A stretch of DNA of 64,000 bases from Nemertoderma westbladi. Lineage: Eukaryota > Animalia > Xenacoelomorpha. Position numbers and translations under genes: made by a program. The stretch is taken from contig JAUCBJ010005141.1 in assembly GCA_032718475.1 (NCBI GenBank), positions 1-64,000 of the forward strand, written 5' to 3'. The notes beneath the pieces are model-generated. The model saw only the letters and a list, made by a program, of their open reading frames with translations, did no database searches and had not been told where the DNA came from. Shown here one piece after another: positions 27,101 through 39,420 of the stretch. Position 1 is the first letter of the stretch. Every line of letters begins with the position of its first letter.

Positions 27101-30100
27101 TCTTTTGATTTAACTTTAAACTGTTGGTTAAGGTCTCGGGTTCAGCTCTATTGATTTAACTTTAAACCGTTGGTTAAGATCTCGGGTTCAGCTCTATTGA
27201 TTTAACTTTAAACCGTTGGTTAAGGTCTCGGGTTCAGCTCTTTTGATTTAACTTTAAACCGTTGGTTAAGGTCTCGGATTCAGCTCTATTGATTTAACTT
27301 TAAACCGTTGGTTAAGGTCTCGTGTTCAGCCCTATTGATTTAACTTTAAACCGTTGGTTAAGGTCTCGGGTTCAGCTCTATTTATTTAACTTTAAACCGT
27401 TGGTTAAGGTCTCGGGTTCAGCTCTTTTGATTTAACTTTAAACCGTTGGTTAAGGTCTCGGATTCAGCTCTATTGATTTAACTTTAAACCGTTGGTTAAG
27501 GTCTCGTGTTCAGCCCTATTGATTTAACTTTAAACCGTTGGTTAAGGTCTCGGGTTCAGCACTATTGATTTAACTTTAAACCGTTGGTTAAGGTCTCGGG
27601 TTCAGCTCTATTGATTTAACTTTAAGCCGTTGGTTAAGGTCTCGGGTTCAGCTCTATTTATTTAACTTTAAACCGTTGGTTAAGGTCTCGGGTTCAGCTC
27701 TATTGATTTAACTTTAAACCGTTGGTTAAGGTCTCGGGTTCAGCTCTATTGATTTAACTTTAAACAAATTGGTTAAGGTCTCGGGTTCAGCTCTATTGAT
27801 TTAACTTTAAACCGTTGGTTAAGGTCTCGGGTTCAGCTCTATTGATTTAACTTTAAACAAATTGGTTAAGGTCTCGGGTTCAGCTCTATTGATTTAACTT
27901 TAAACCGTTGGTTAAGGTCTCGGGTTTAGCTCTATTGATTTAACTTTAAACCGTCGGTTAAGGTCTCGGGTTCAGCTCTATTGATTTAACTTTAAACAAA
28001 TTGGTTAAGGTCTCGGGTTCAGCTCTATTGATTTAACTTTAAACCGTTGGTTAAGGTCTCTGGTTCAGCTCTATTGATTTAACTTTAAACCGTTGGTTAA
28101 GGTATCGAGTTCAGCTCTATTGATTTAACTTTAAACCGTTGGTTAAGGTCTCTGGTTCAGCTCTATTGATTTAACTTTAAACCGTTGGTTAAGGTGTCGG
28201 GTTCAGCTCTATTGATTTAACTTTAAACCGTTGGTTAAGGTCTCGGGTTCAGCTCTATTGATTTAACTTTAAACCGTTGGTTAAGGTATCGGGTTCAGCT
28301 CTATTGATTTAACTTTAAACCGTTGGTTAAGGTCTCGGGTTCAGCTATTTATTTAACTTTAAACCGTTGGTTAAGGTCTCGGGTTTAGCCCTATTTATTT
28401 AACTTTAAACCGTTGATTAAGGTCTCGGATTCAGCCCTATTGATTTAACTTTAAACCGTTGGTTAAGGTCTCGGGTTCAGTTCTATGGATTTAACTTTAA
28501 ACCGTTGGTTAAGGTCTCGGGTTCAGCTCTATTGATTTAACTTTAAACCGTTGGTTAAGGTCTCTGGTTCAGCTCTATTGATTTAACTTTAAACCGTTGG
28601 TTAAGGTCTCGAGTTCAGCTCTATTGATTTAACTTTAAACCGTTGGTTAAGGTCTCTGGTTCAGCTCTATTGATTTAACTTTAAACCGTTGGTTAAGGTC
28701 TCGGGTTCAGCTCTATTGATTTAACTTTAAACCGTTGGTTAAGGTCTCGGGTTCAGCTCTATTGATTTAACTTTAAACCGTTGGTTAAGGTCTCGGGTTC
28801 AGCTCTATTGATTTAACTTTAAACAAATTGGTTAAGGTCTCGGGTTCAGCTCTATTGATTTAACTTTAAACCGTTGGTTAAGGTCTCGGGTTCAGCTCTA
28901 TTGATTTAACTTTAAACAAATTGGTTAAGGTCTCGGGTTCAGCTCTATTGATTTAACTTTAAACCGTTGGTTAAGGTCTCGGGTTTAGCTCTATTGATTT
29001 AACTTTAAACCGTCGGTTAAGGTCTCGGGTTCAGCTCTATTGATTTAACTTTAAACAAATTGGTTAAGGTCTCGGGTTCAGCTCTATTGATTTAACTTTA
29101 AACCGTTGGTTAAGGTCTCGGGTTCAGCTCTATTGATTTAACTTTAAACCGTTGGTTAAGGTATCGGGTTCAGCTCTATTGATTTAACTTTAAACCGTTG
29201 GTTAAGGTCTCGGGTTCAGCTATTTATTTAACTTTAAACCGTTGGTTAAGGTCTCGGGTTTAGCCCTATTTATTTAACTTTAAACCGTTGATTAAGGTCT
29301 CGGATTCAGCCCTATTGATTTAACTTTAAACCGTTGGTTAAGGTCTCGGGTTCAGTTCTATGGATTTAACTTTAAACCGTTGGTTAAGGTCTCGGGTTCA
29401 GCTCTATTGATTTAACTTTAAACCGTTGGTTAAGGTCTCTGGTTCAGCTCTATTGATTTAACTTTAAACCGTTGGTTAAGGTCTCGAGTTCAGCTCTATT
29501 GATTTAACTTTAAACCGTTGGTTAAGGTCTCTGGTTCAGCTCTATTGATTTAACTTTAAACCGTTGGTTAAGGTCTCGGGTTCAGCTCTATTGATTTAAC
29601 TTTAAACCGTTGGTTAAGGTCTCGGGTTCAGCCCTATTGGTTTAACTTTAAACAAATTGGTTAAGGTCTCGGGTTCAGCTCTATTGATTTAACTTTAAAC
29701 CGTTGGTTAAGGTCTCGGGTTCAGCTCTATTGATTTAACTTTAAACCGTTGGTTAAGGTCTCGGGTTCAGCTCTATTGATTTAACTTTAAACCTTTGGTT
29801 ATGGTCTCGGGTTCAGCTCTATTGATTTAACTTTAAACCTTTGGTTAAGGTCTCGGGTTCAGCTCTATTGATTTAACTTTAAACCGTTGGTTCAGCTCTA
29901 TTGATTTAACTTTAAACCGTTGGTTAAGGTCTCGGGTTCAGCTCTATTGATTTAACTTTAAACCGTTGGTTAAGGTCTCGGGTTCAGCTCTATTGATTTA
30001 ACTTTAAACCGTTGGTTAAGGTCTCGGGTTCAGCTCTATTGATTTAACTTTAAACCGTTGGTTAAGGTCTCGGGTTCAGCTCTATTGATTTAACTTTAAA

Positions 30101-33100
30101 CCGTTGGTTAAGGTCTCGGGTTCAGCTCTATTGATTTAACTTTAAACCGTTGGTTAAGGTCTCGGGTTCAGCTCTATTGATTTAACTTTAAACCGTTGGT
30201 TAAGGTCTCGGGTTCAGCTCTATTGATTTAACTTTAAACCGTTGGTTAAGGTCTCGGGTTCAGCTCTATTGATTTAACTTTAAACCGTTGGTTAAGGTCT
30301 CGGGTTCAGTTCTATTGATTTAACTTTAAACCGTTGGTTAAGGTCTCGGGTTCAGCTCTATTGATTTAACTTTAAACCGTTGGTCAAGGTCTCGGGTTCA
30401 GCCCTATTGATTTAACTTTAAACCGTTGGTTAAGGTCTCGGGTTCAGCTCTATTGATTTAACTTTAAACCGTTGGTTAAGGTCTCGGGTTCAGCTCTATT
30501 GATTTAACTTTAAACCGTTGGTTAAGGTCTCGGGTTCAGCTCTATTGATTTAACTTTAAACGTTTGGTTAAGGTCTCGGGTTCAGCCCTTTTGATTTAAC
30601 TTTAAACCGTTGGTTAAGGTCTCGGGTTCAGCTCTATTGATTTATCTTTAAACCGTTGGTTAAGGTCTCGGGTTCAGCTCTATTGATTTAACTTTAAACC
30701 GTTGGTTAAGGTCTCGGGTTCAGCTCTATTGATTTAACTTTAAACCGTTGGTTAAGGTCTCGGGTTCAGCTCTATTGACTATTGATTTAACTTTAAACCG
30801 TTGGTTAAGGTCTCGTGTTCAGCTCTATTGATTTCACTTTAAACCGTTGGTTAAGGTTTCGGGTTCAGCTCTATTGATTTAACTTTAAACCGTTGGTTAA
30901 GGTCTCGGGTTCAGCTCTATTAACTTTAAACCGTTGGTTAATGTCTCGGGTTCAGCTCTATTGATTTAACTTTAAACCATTGGTTAAGGTCTCGGGTTCA
31001 GTTCTATTGATTTAACTTTAAACCGTTGGTTAAGGTCTCGGGTTCAGCTCTATTAACTTTAAACCGTTGGTTAAGGTCTCGGGTTCAGCTCTATTAACTT
31101 TAAACCGTTGGTTAAGGTCTCGGGTTCAACTCCATTGATTTAACTTTAAACCGTTGGTTAAGGTCTCGGGTTCAGCTCTATTGATTTAACTTTAAACCGT
31201 TTGTTAAGGTCTCGGGTTCAGCTCTATTGATTTAACTTTAAACCGTTGGTTAATGTCTCGGGTTCAGCTCTATTTATTTAACTTTAAACCATTGGTTAAT
31301 GTCTCGGGTTCAGCTCTATTGATTTAACTTTAAACCGTTGGTTAAGGTCTCGGGTTCAGCTCTATTGATTTAACTTTAAACCGTTGGTTAAGGTCTCGGG
31401 TTCAGCTCTATTGATTTAACTTTAAACCGTTGGTTAAGGTCTCGGGTTCAGCTCTATTGATTTAACTTTAAACCGTTGGTTAAGGTCTCGGGTTCAGCTC
31501 TATTAACTTTAAACCGTTGGTTAAGGTCTCGGGTTCAGCTCTATTAACTTTAAACCGTTGGTTAAGGTCTCGGGTTCAGCTCTATTGATTTAACTTTAAA
31601 CCGTTGGTTAAGGTCTCGGGTTCAGCTCTATTAACTTTAAACCGTTGGTTAAGGTCTCGGGTTCAGCTCTATTCATTTAACTTCTAACCTTTTGGTTAAG
31701 GTCTCGGGTTCAGCTCTATTGATTTAACTTTAAACCGTTGGTTAAGGTCTTGGGTTCAGCTCTATTGATTTAACTTTAAACCGTTGGTTAAGGTCTCGGG
31801 TTCAGCTCTATTGATTTAACTTTAAACCGTTGGTTAAGGTCTCGGGTTCAGCTCTATTGATTTAACTTTAAACCGTTGGTTAAGGTCTCGGGTTCAGCTC
31901 TATTGATTTAACTTTAAACCGTTGGTTAAGGTCTCGGGTTCAGCTCTATTGATTTAACTTTAAACCGTTGGTTAAGGTCTCGGGTTCAGCTCTATTGATT
32001 TAACTTTAAACCGTTGGTCAAAGTCTCGGGTTCAGCCCTATTGATTTAACTTTAAACCGTTGGTTAAGGTCTCGGGTTCAGCTCTATTGATTTAACTTTA
32101 AACCGTTGGTTAAGGTCTCGGGTTCAGCTCTATTGATTTAACTTTAAACCGTTGGTTAAGGTCTCGGGTTCAGCTCTATTGATTTAACTTTAAACGTTTG
32201 GTTAAGGTCTCGGGTTCAGCCCTTTTGATTTAACTTTAAACCGTTGGTTAAGGTCTCGGGTTCAGCTCTATTGATTTATCTTTAAACCGTTGGTTAAGGT
32301 CTCGGGTTCAGCTCTATTGATTTAACTTTAAACCGTTGGTTAAGGTCTCGGGTTCAGCTCTATTGATTTAACTTTAAACCGTTGGTTAAGGTCTCGGGTT
32401 CAGCTCTATTGACTATTGATTTAACTTTAAACCTTTGGTTAAGGTCTCGTGTTCAGCTCTATTGATTTCACTTTAAACCGTTGGTTAAGGTTTCGGGTTC
32501 AGCTCTATTGATTTAACTTTAAACCGTTGGTTAAGGTCTCGGGTTCAGCTCTATTAACTTTAAACCGTTGGTTAATGTCTCGGGTTCAGCTCTATTGATT
32601 TAACTTTAAACCATTGGTTAAGGTCTCGGGTTCAGTTCTATTGATTTAACTTTAAACCGTTGGTTAAGGTCTCGGGTTCAGCTCTATTAACTTTAAACCG
32701 TTGGTTAAGGTCTCGGGTTCAGCTCTATTAACTTTAAACCGTTGGTTAAGGTCTCGGGTTCAACTCCATTGATTTAACTTTAAACCGTTGGTTAAGGTCT
32801 CGGGTTCAGCTCTATTGATTTAACTTTAAACCGTTGGTTAAGGTCTCGGGTTCAGCTCTATTGATTTAACTTTAAACCGTTGGTTAATGTCTCGGGTTCA
32901 GCTCTATTTATTTAACTTTATACCATTGGTTAATGTCTCGGGTTCAGCTCTATTGATTTAACTTTAAACCGTTGGTTAAGGTCTCGGGTTCAGCTCTATT
33001 GATTTAACTTTAAACCGTTGGTTAAGGTCTCGGGTTCAGCTCTATTGATTTAACTTTAAACCGTTGGTTAAGGTCTCGGGTTCAGCTCTATTGATTTAAC

Positions 33101-34418
33101 TTTAAACCGTTGGTTAAGGTCTCGGGTTCAGCTCTATTAACTTTAAACCGTTGGTTAAGGTCTCGGGTTCAGCTCTATTAACTTTAAACCGTTGGTTAAG
33201 GTCTCGGGTTCAGCTCTATTAACTTTAAACCGTTGGTTAAGGTCTCGGGTTCAGCTCTATTCATTTAACTTCTAACCTTTTGGTTAAGGTCTCGGGTTCA
33301 GCTCTATTGATTTAACTTTAAACCGTTGGTTAAGGTCTTGGGTTCAGCTCTATTGATTTGACTTTAAACCGTTGGTTAAGGTCTCGGGTTCAGCTCTATT
33401 GATTTAACTTTAAACCGTTGGTTAAGGTCTCGGGGTAAGGTCTCGGGTTCAGCTCTATTGATTTAACTTTAAACCGTTGGTTAAGGTCTCGCGTTCAGCT
33501 CTATTGATTTAACTTTAAACCTTTTGGTTAAGGTCTTGGGTTCAGCTCTATTAACTTTAAACCGTTGGTTAAGGTCTCGGGTTCAGCTCTATTAACTTTA
33601 AACCGTTGGTTAAGGTCTCGGATTCAGCTCTATTGTTTTAACTTTAAACCGTTGGTTAAGGTCTTGGGTTCAGCTCTATTGATTTAACTTTAAACCGTTG
33701 GTTAAGGTCTCGGGTTCAGCTCTATTGATTTAACTTTAAACCGTTGGTTAATGTCTCGGGTTCAGCTCTATTTACTTAACTTTAAACCATTGGTTAATGT
33801 CTCGGGTTCAGCTCTATTGATTTAACTTTAAACCGTTGGTTAAGGTCTCGGGTTCAGCTCTATTGATTTAACTTTAAACCGTTGGTTAAGGTCTCGGGTT
33901 CAGCTCTATTGATTTAACTTTAAACCGTTGGTTAAGGTCTCGGGTTCAGCTCTATTGATTTAACTTTAAACCGTTGGTTAAGGTCTCGGGTTCAGCTCTA
34001 TTAACTTTAAACCGTTGGTTAAGGTCTCGGGTTCAGCTCTATTAACTTTAAACCGTTGGTTAAGGTCTCGGGTTCAGCTCTATTGATTTAACTTTAAACC
34101 GTTGGTTAAGGTCTCGGGTTCAGCTCTATTAACTTTAAACCGTTGGTTAAGGTCTCGGGTTCAGCTCTATTCATTTAACTTCTAACCTTTTGGTTAAGGT
34201 CTCGGGTTCAGCTCTATTGATTTAACTTTAAACCGTTGGTTAAGGTCTTGGGTTCAGCTCTATTGATTTGAAACCGTTGGTTAAGGTCTCGGGTTCAGCT
34301 CTATTGATTTAACTTTAAACCGTTGCTTAAGGTCTCGGGTTCAGCTCTATTGATTTAACTTTAAACCGTTGGTTAAGGTCTCGGGTTCAGTTCTATTGAT
34401 TTAACTTTAAACCGTTGG
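6119..34418 (+). repeat. Satellite array, 46-bp monomer GGTCTCGGGTTCAGCTCTATTGATTTAACTTTAAACCGTTGGTTAA, ~28.3 kb (roughly 615-620 copies)
   Basis: Head-to-tail copies with 46-bp period (e.g. GGTCTC at 6210 and 6256), no unique spacers; recurrent 35-, 41-, 51- and 67-bp length variants; higher-order block duplications. Confidence 0.99.
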
Positions 34419-34945
34419 CAAAATTCTGACAGTTAACTTCGACAGTCCTCAAAGCTCAAAGGTTGGTGTTCTTGAGTATGTGAATGACTTCTGCTTCTTG
34501 GGATCATTGATTCTGAAATCAGTTGATGACCCTCAAATACGTAAGGGAGGCACTGGGCAGCATTGAATGGGCTGCCCAGGATTTTGAAGTCACATAGAAT
34601 GCATTAGAATCTTCAGGTTGGATGATTTAGAGAAGTTAGTTGGAGAACCGGTACTCTTAAATTGGAGTTCAAGCTGGCCTCTTACTGCTGAAGTGACGAG
34701 GACAACAAATCTAATCTCTCGACGACATGTATACAAGAATGTTACGCACACAGAGACACAGTACAATTCGCACATCTCCAACCAGACAATATACAATATT
34801 TGAAGTGTCTCCCCAGTCCCCCAAGGTTGACACTTGAACAGTAACGGAGGCGCGTCTGATTTTCAAGAGATTGCTTCCGCCTTGAGGACCAGCCAGTGCA
34901 CAATCATGTGCTTCGGCAGCCTCATGGAGATAATAAGTATTGTGG
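34419..34945 (+). mobile_element. Degraded RTE-clade LINE fragment (C-terminal part of RT ORF)
   Basis: CAAAATTCTGACAGTTAA...GAGGACCAGCCAGTGCACAATC aligns to the reverse complement of the RTE copy at ~43960-44482, with many indels; begins exactly where the satellite ends. Confidence 0.85.
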
Positions 34946-35041
34946 GCCCTAGGCAGCCCTTAACTATGTAATAATACAATGATCAATAATAAAACTTGAA
35001 GACTGTATGTAACTCATTTAGTATTAGTAGTAGTAGTTATT

Positions 35042-35257
35042 CGATTAAAAACGATTAAAAGCTAGAGTCGATGTAGTCAAAAAAGACAAATTCATGGAAG
35101 CCTGTTTTACCAGTAATACTGATATTTTTGTTGAATTGAAAAAGTAACCTGGTACTAATGGACAGAACATTAGTACAGTTATAGATGGTGAGATAGACGG
35201 GCAGTCTATTGCAAATAGGTTTGCTAGTATATACCGTGTTTTATATAATCAAGATTA
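35042..35257 (+). mobile_element. Possible fragment of a different LINE (L2/CR1-like endonuclease-RT linker)
   Basis: Translates to ...KKDKFMEACFTSNTDIFVELKK*PGTNGQNISTVIDGEIDGQSIANRFASIYRVLYN; the IDG...IAN.FA..Y..LYN pattern resembles that LINE linker (recognised from memory, not searched). Confidence 0.4.
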
Positions 35258-35258
35258 T

Positions 35259-35531
35259 GAACAAAGCCGCCTCCGCTTTGTAGGACATTGCTTTAGCCGT
35301 GAGGACCAGCTAGAGCATAATCTTGTGCTTTGGCAGCCTCATGGAGTGAATAAGTATGGTGGACAGCCCATGGCTTTCTTGAGACGCAACTTAAAGGACA
35401 CTGGCCTTGAAGATGCGGATGATCTGGCATTTGTCATGGGTGATAGGGAGTTGTTGCAGCCCAAATTTGTCGACAAGCCGGCACAGCATTCTTAAAAATG
35501 CAGCTGCAATGCAGCATGCCGATCCTAGTAG
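35259..35531 (+). mobile_element. 3' terminal fragment of the same RTE LINE family with (TAG)n tail
   Basis: Matches the reverse complement of 43781-44055 (…GCAGCTGCAATGCAGCATGCCGATCCTAGTAG); retains the TGG codon where the 43979 copy has TGA. Confidence 0.88.
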
Positions 35532-35849
35532 TTTATGAGTATCAGTTAATTAAATCATTTTTAAACACAAAAAATCTGAGGGTTCCTTGATGGTCGCTGC
35601 GATAACATATCTTATTTTAAGATGAAGACTTGGTGAACGGCTTGCCGACGAGATATGTTCTGTTCACTTTCAACCACTTTCACACAGAAATGCAGACTTG
35701 TCCGACACTGGCGGGTGCGAAATATTGTTTTATATATACATAGTTGATAATTAGTAACTAAATTGACTTCATTTGCTCTAAATAAATGTTGGTTAAAACA
35801 TTTCGGCAAAATGATTGAGGAGAAAAAAAAAGGGATAAATATATATTTA

Positions 35850-36195
35850 TGTAGAATGAAAATGTGGGTTAATATATTTCTTCAGTTTGAAAATGTGGGT
35901 TAAATATAATTCTGCAGAATGGAACTGTGGGTTAATATATTTCTGCAGAAAGGAACTATGGGTTAATATATTTCTGCAGAAAGGAACTGTGGGTTATTTA
36001 TTACATTTCTGCAAAATCAAGAAGGTGGATTTGACACATGTGGGTTGGAATTTGTTTTTTTTTTCCAGCTTTTCAGTCGTGATTTCGACTCTCGGTTTTT
36101 TTAAACGATTTTCAATCATCCCAGGCAGCCTACAGTATGACGTCACTAAGTCGAAATTGACCAAAATGTGGGTTAATACATTTCTGCAAAACACC
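35850..36195 (+). repeat. Short ~32-bp repeats (TGTGGGTTAATATATTTCTGCAGAA), possibly a DNA-transposon end remnant
   Basis: About five tandem copies at ~35863-36010 and one isolated copy at ~36167-36190; no partner TIR or TSD found. Confidence 0.55.
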
Positions 36196-36836
36196 GTCCG
36201 TATAACAATGTTTTACACCAGTAACCTGTATTCTGTTCAGTTGATCTGTAGGCCTATAATATTAAAACAAGTCATCCGGGGAAAAGTTTGGAAAAATTTT
36301 TTTTGAATCAATTAATATTTGTAAAATATGGGAAAGTAGCAGGTTTCAGTTGCGGTGTTTTCTAACCAAAACAAGAAACAAAACTAGTATTCGCAATTAA
36401 GGGAAAAGAGCAGTTTATAGTTGCTCATCGGGAATCCCATACTGCAACATATCCCCGACTTCGTCATATGTAAAACCAGTAAGAACTGACCATCTCACCT
36501 GTTTTAACTCGGCATAGATATTTACATATACCCACCCTCCACATATTACCATGAGTAAGAGGGTATGGCAAATTATCACTTATAGAGAGTGTTATTGCAC
36601 CACACGAAGAAATATCACTCATATTGCACTCATTACAGATTCGTCTAAGATTGAAACCGCAGGACCGCTACGACTCAGACAATTATTCCAAACCAGATTA
36701 GCCAAAAACCAAAGCCAAAAACCTAACACAAAGTTTCTCAGATGCGAAAAGTTTGCTACCTACTTCGATATCATAATTATAGGTCGCTCAAAACCTACAG
36801 TAACTCCTCAACTATGAAACGATGAACATTATATGG

Positions 36837-38245
36837 CAAAGTCCACACTAGTCGGACGTTGCTATTCCACACAAAGTCCACACTAGCCGGACGGTGCTAT
36901 TCCACACAAAGTCCACACTAGCCGGACGGTGCTATTCCACACAAAGTCCACACTAGTCGGACGTTGCTATTCCACACAAAGTCCACACTAGTCGGACGTT
37001 GCTATTCCACACAAAGTCCATACTAGTCGGACGTTGCTATTCCACACAAAGTCCACACTAGTCGGACGTTGCTATTCCACACAAAGTCCACACTAGTCGG
37101 ACGTTGCTATTCCACACAAAGTCCACACTAGTCGGACGTTGCTATTCCACACAAAGTCCACACTAGTCGGACGTTGCTATTCCACACAAAGTCCACACTA
37201 GTCGGACGTTGCGATTCCACACAAATTCCACACTAGTCGGACGTTGCTATTCCACACAAAGTCCACACTAGTCGGACGTTGCTATTCCACACAATGTCCA
37301 CACTAGTCGGACGTTGCTATTCCACACAAAGTCCACACTAGCCGGACGGTGCTATTCCACACAAAGTCCACACTAGCCGGACGGTGCTATTCCACACAAA
37401 GTCCACACTAGTCGGACGTTGCTATTCCACACAAAGTCCACACTAGTCGGACGTTGCTATTCCACACAAAGTCCACACTAGTCGGACGTTGCTATTCCAC
37501 ACAAAGTCCACACTAGTCGGACGTTGCTATTCCACACAAAGTCCACACTAGTCGGACGTTGCTATTCCACACAAAGTCCACACTAGTCGGACGTTGCGAT
37601 TCCACACAAATTCCACACTAGTCGGACGTTGCTATTCCACACAAAGTCCACACTAGTCGGACGTTGCTATTCCACACAAAGTCCACACTAGTCGGACGTT
37701 GCTATTCCACACAAAGTCCACACTAGCCGGACGGTGCTATTCCACACAAAGTCCACACTAGCCGGACGGTGCTATTCCACACAAAGTCCACACTAGTCGG
37801 ACGTTGCTATTCCACACAAAGTCCACACTAGTCGGACGTTGCTATTCCACACAAAGTCCACACTAGTCGGACGTTGCTATTCCACACAAAGTCCACACTA
37901 GTCGGACGTTGCTATTCCAAACAAAGTCCACACTAGTCGGACGTTGCTATTCCACACAAATTCCACACTAGTCGGACGTTGCTATTCCACACAAAGTCCA
38001 CACTAGTCGGACGTTGCTATTCCACACAAAGTCCACACTAGTCGGACGTTGCTATTCCACACAAAGTCCACACTAGCCGGACGGTGCTATTCCACACAAA
38101 GTCCACACTAGCCGGACGGTGCTATTCCACACAAAGTCCACACTAGTCGGACGTTGCTATTCTACACAAAGTCCACACTAGTCGGACGTTGCTATTCCAC
38201 ACAAAGTCCACACTAGTCGGACGTTGCTATTCCACACAAAGTCCA
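36837..38245 (+). repeat. Satellite/minisatellite, 35-bp monomer CAAAGTCCACACTAGTCGGACGTTGCTATTCCACA, ~40 copies
   Basis: 35-bp period (GTCCAC at 36841 and 36876); cut off at GTCCA by the TG start of an LTR. Confidence 0.98.
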
Positions 38246-39420
38246 TGTAAAGGCTTTTGCGGATCTAGCTAGTCATTTTCCCCGCAAAGTACTCTGTAGG
38301 TGTTTTAGCGGACATAAAAAGCCGTTTCCTTACTGTACAGGTGTTTTAGTGGACATAAAAAGCTATTTCTTCTGTATGTGTACTTTAGCGGACATAACTA
38401 GCGATTTTATGTCGCAATACGCCAAAATACTCTTGATACAGTGTAGTTCAGATGACGACATCTATCAGCTGATATGTCCACGTATAACTTGTCTTTGTTC
38501 TTTGTTCGGCTCGACCAATCAGAGCGATTTTCGTTTTATTTGTACAGAAGCCTCCGGGAAATCGCGCAATGCATTATGGTCTTTGTTTACCTTTTTTCCT
38601 GATGCCAGAACATCGGCTGTGGAATTATTCTGTGTTTCAGACTTTAGCCAAACATTAGAACGGCTTTGATCATAGAAACGTATAACTGTTATTCTATCTA
38701 CCACTTATCATATCATACTATACATACCTTTCACCGCATTATTGTACTGCTATTTACTGTCGGTTATTAAGTGTTATCATTTGATGGATATGTTGTTATA
38801 TTTGGAGAATATCGATAAATAATCAGAAAACCCCAATCTTCTTGATATACTGAAGGTTAGAGAGACCGGTTACATATAGCAATTGCGACTCACATTATAT
38901 TGGTTTTGGAGTGAATTGAATGCTATTTCATAGACCCTACATGTGTCAGTTGATGTTCTCCTTATATATGATTAAAATTAGTAAAGGTCGGCAGATCAGT
39001 GTGCAGCAGTGTGCGGTAGTGTGCATGAGTATGATAGATAACAAAGCATTTCCTAAAGAATGCGCCTTATACGTAAATCATAAGCCATCCCGTTGTGTTT
39101 AGTGTAAGTCATAACTCTGTTTACATACTTAGAGCACCACGTCCTAAAGGAACTGTTAATATTTCCCGAAAGTGAATAATATTTGTCAGAGATATTATAA
39201 TAACGATCAATCGAATAGTACAGTAGGCCTACACCGCAATAAGGTCAGAGCATCCGAATCCAGTCTCCCTTAACCGTGGGTGAATGATCGCGCATAGGCT
39301 GGCTTCGGCTAATGTAGCTTTATGTGTATCAAATACTTGTTATAGGCTAAAGTCGATTTATAACCTAGAAGACACCTAAATTTGGCAGGTTAAACTGCTA
39401 AAGGTCTAAAAGAGCGAACA
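38246..39420 (+). repeat. 5' LTR of BEL/Pao copy A (1175 bp, TG...CA)
   Basis: Starts TGTAAAGGCTTTTGC, ends GAGCGAACA; colinear with but clearly diverged from the LTRs at 48708 and 59635; contains three TTAG(C/T)GGACATAA repeats and a CCAAT box. Confidence 0.9.

Noticed and set aside
6119-34418. CRISPR array or telomeric repeat
   Set aside because: No unique spacers and no cas genes; GGTTAAGG/GGGTT only superficially resembles TTAGGG.
35612-36817. ORFs of 65-139 aa between the LINE debris and the 35-bp satellite
   Set aside because: AT-rich, partly repeat-derived, no recognisable domains.
36837-38245. CRISPR array (35-bp partly palindromic repeat)
   Set aside because: Monomers are contiguous with no spacers; eukaryotic context.
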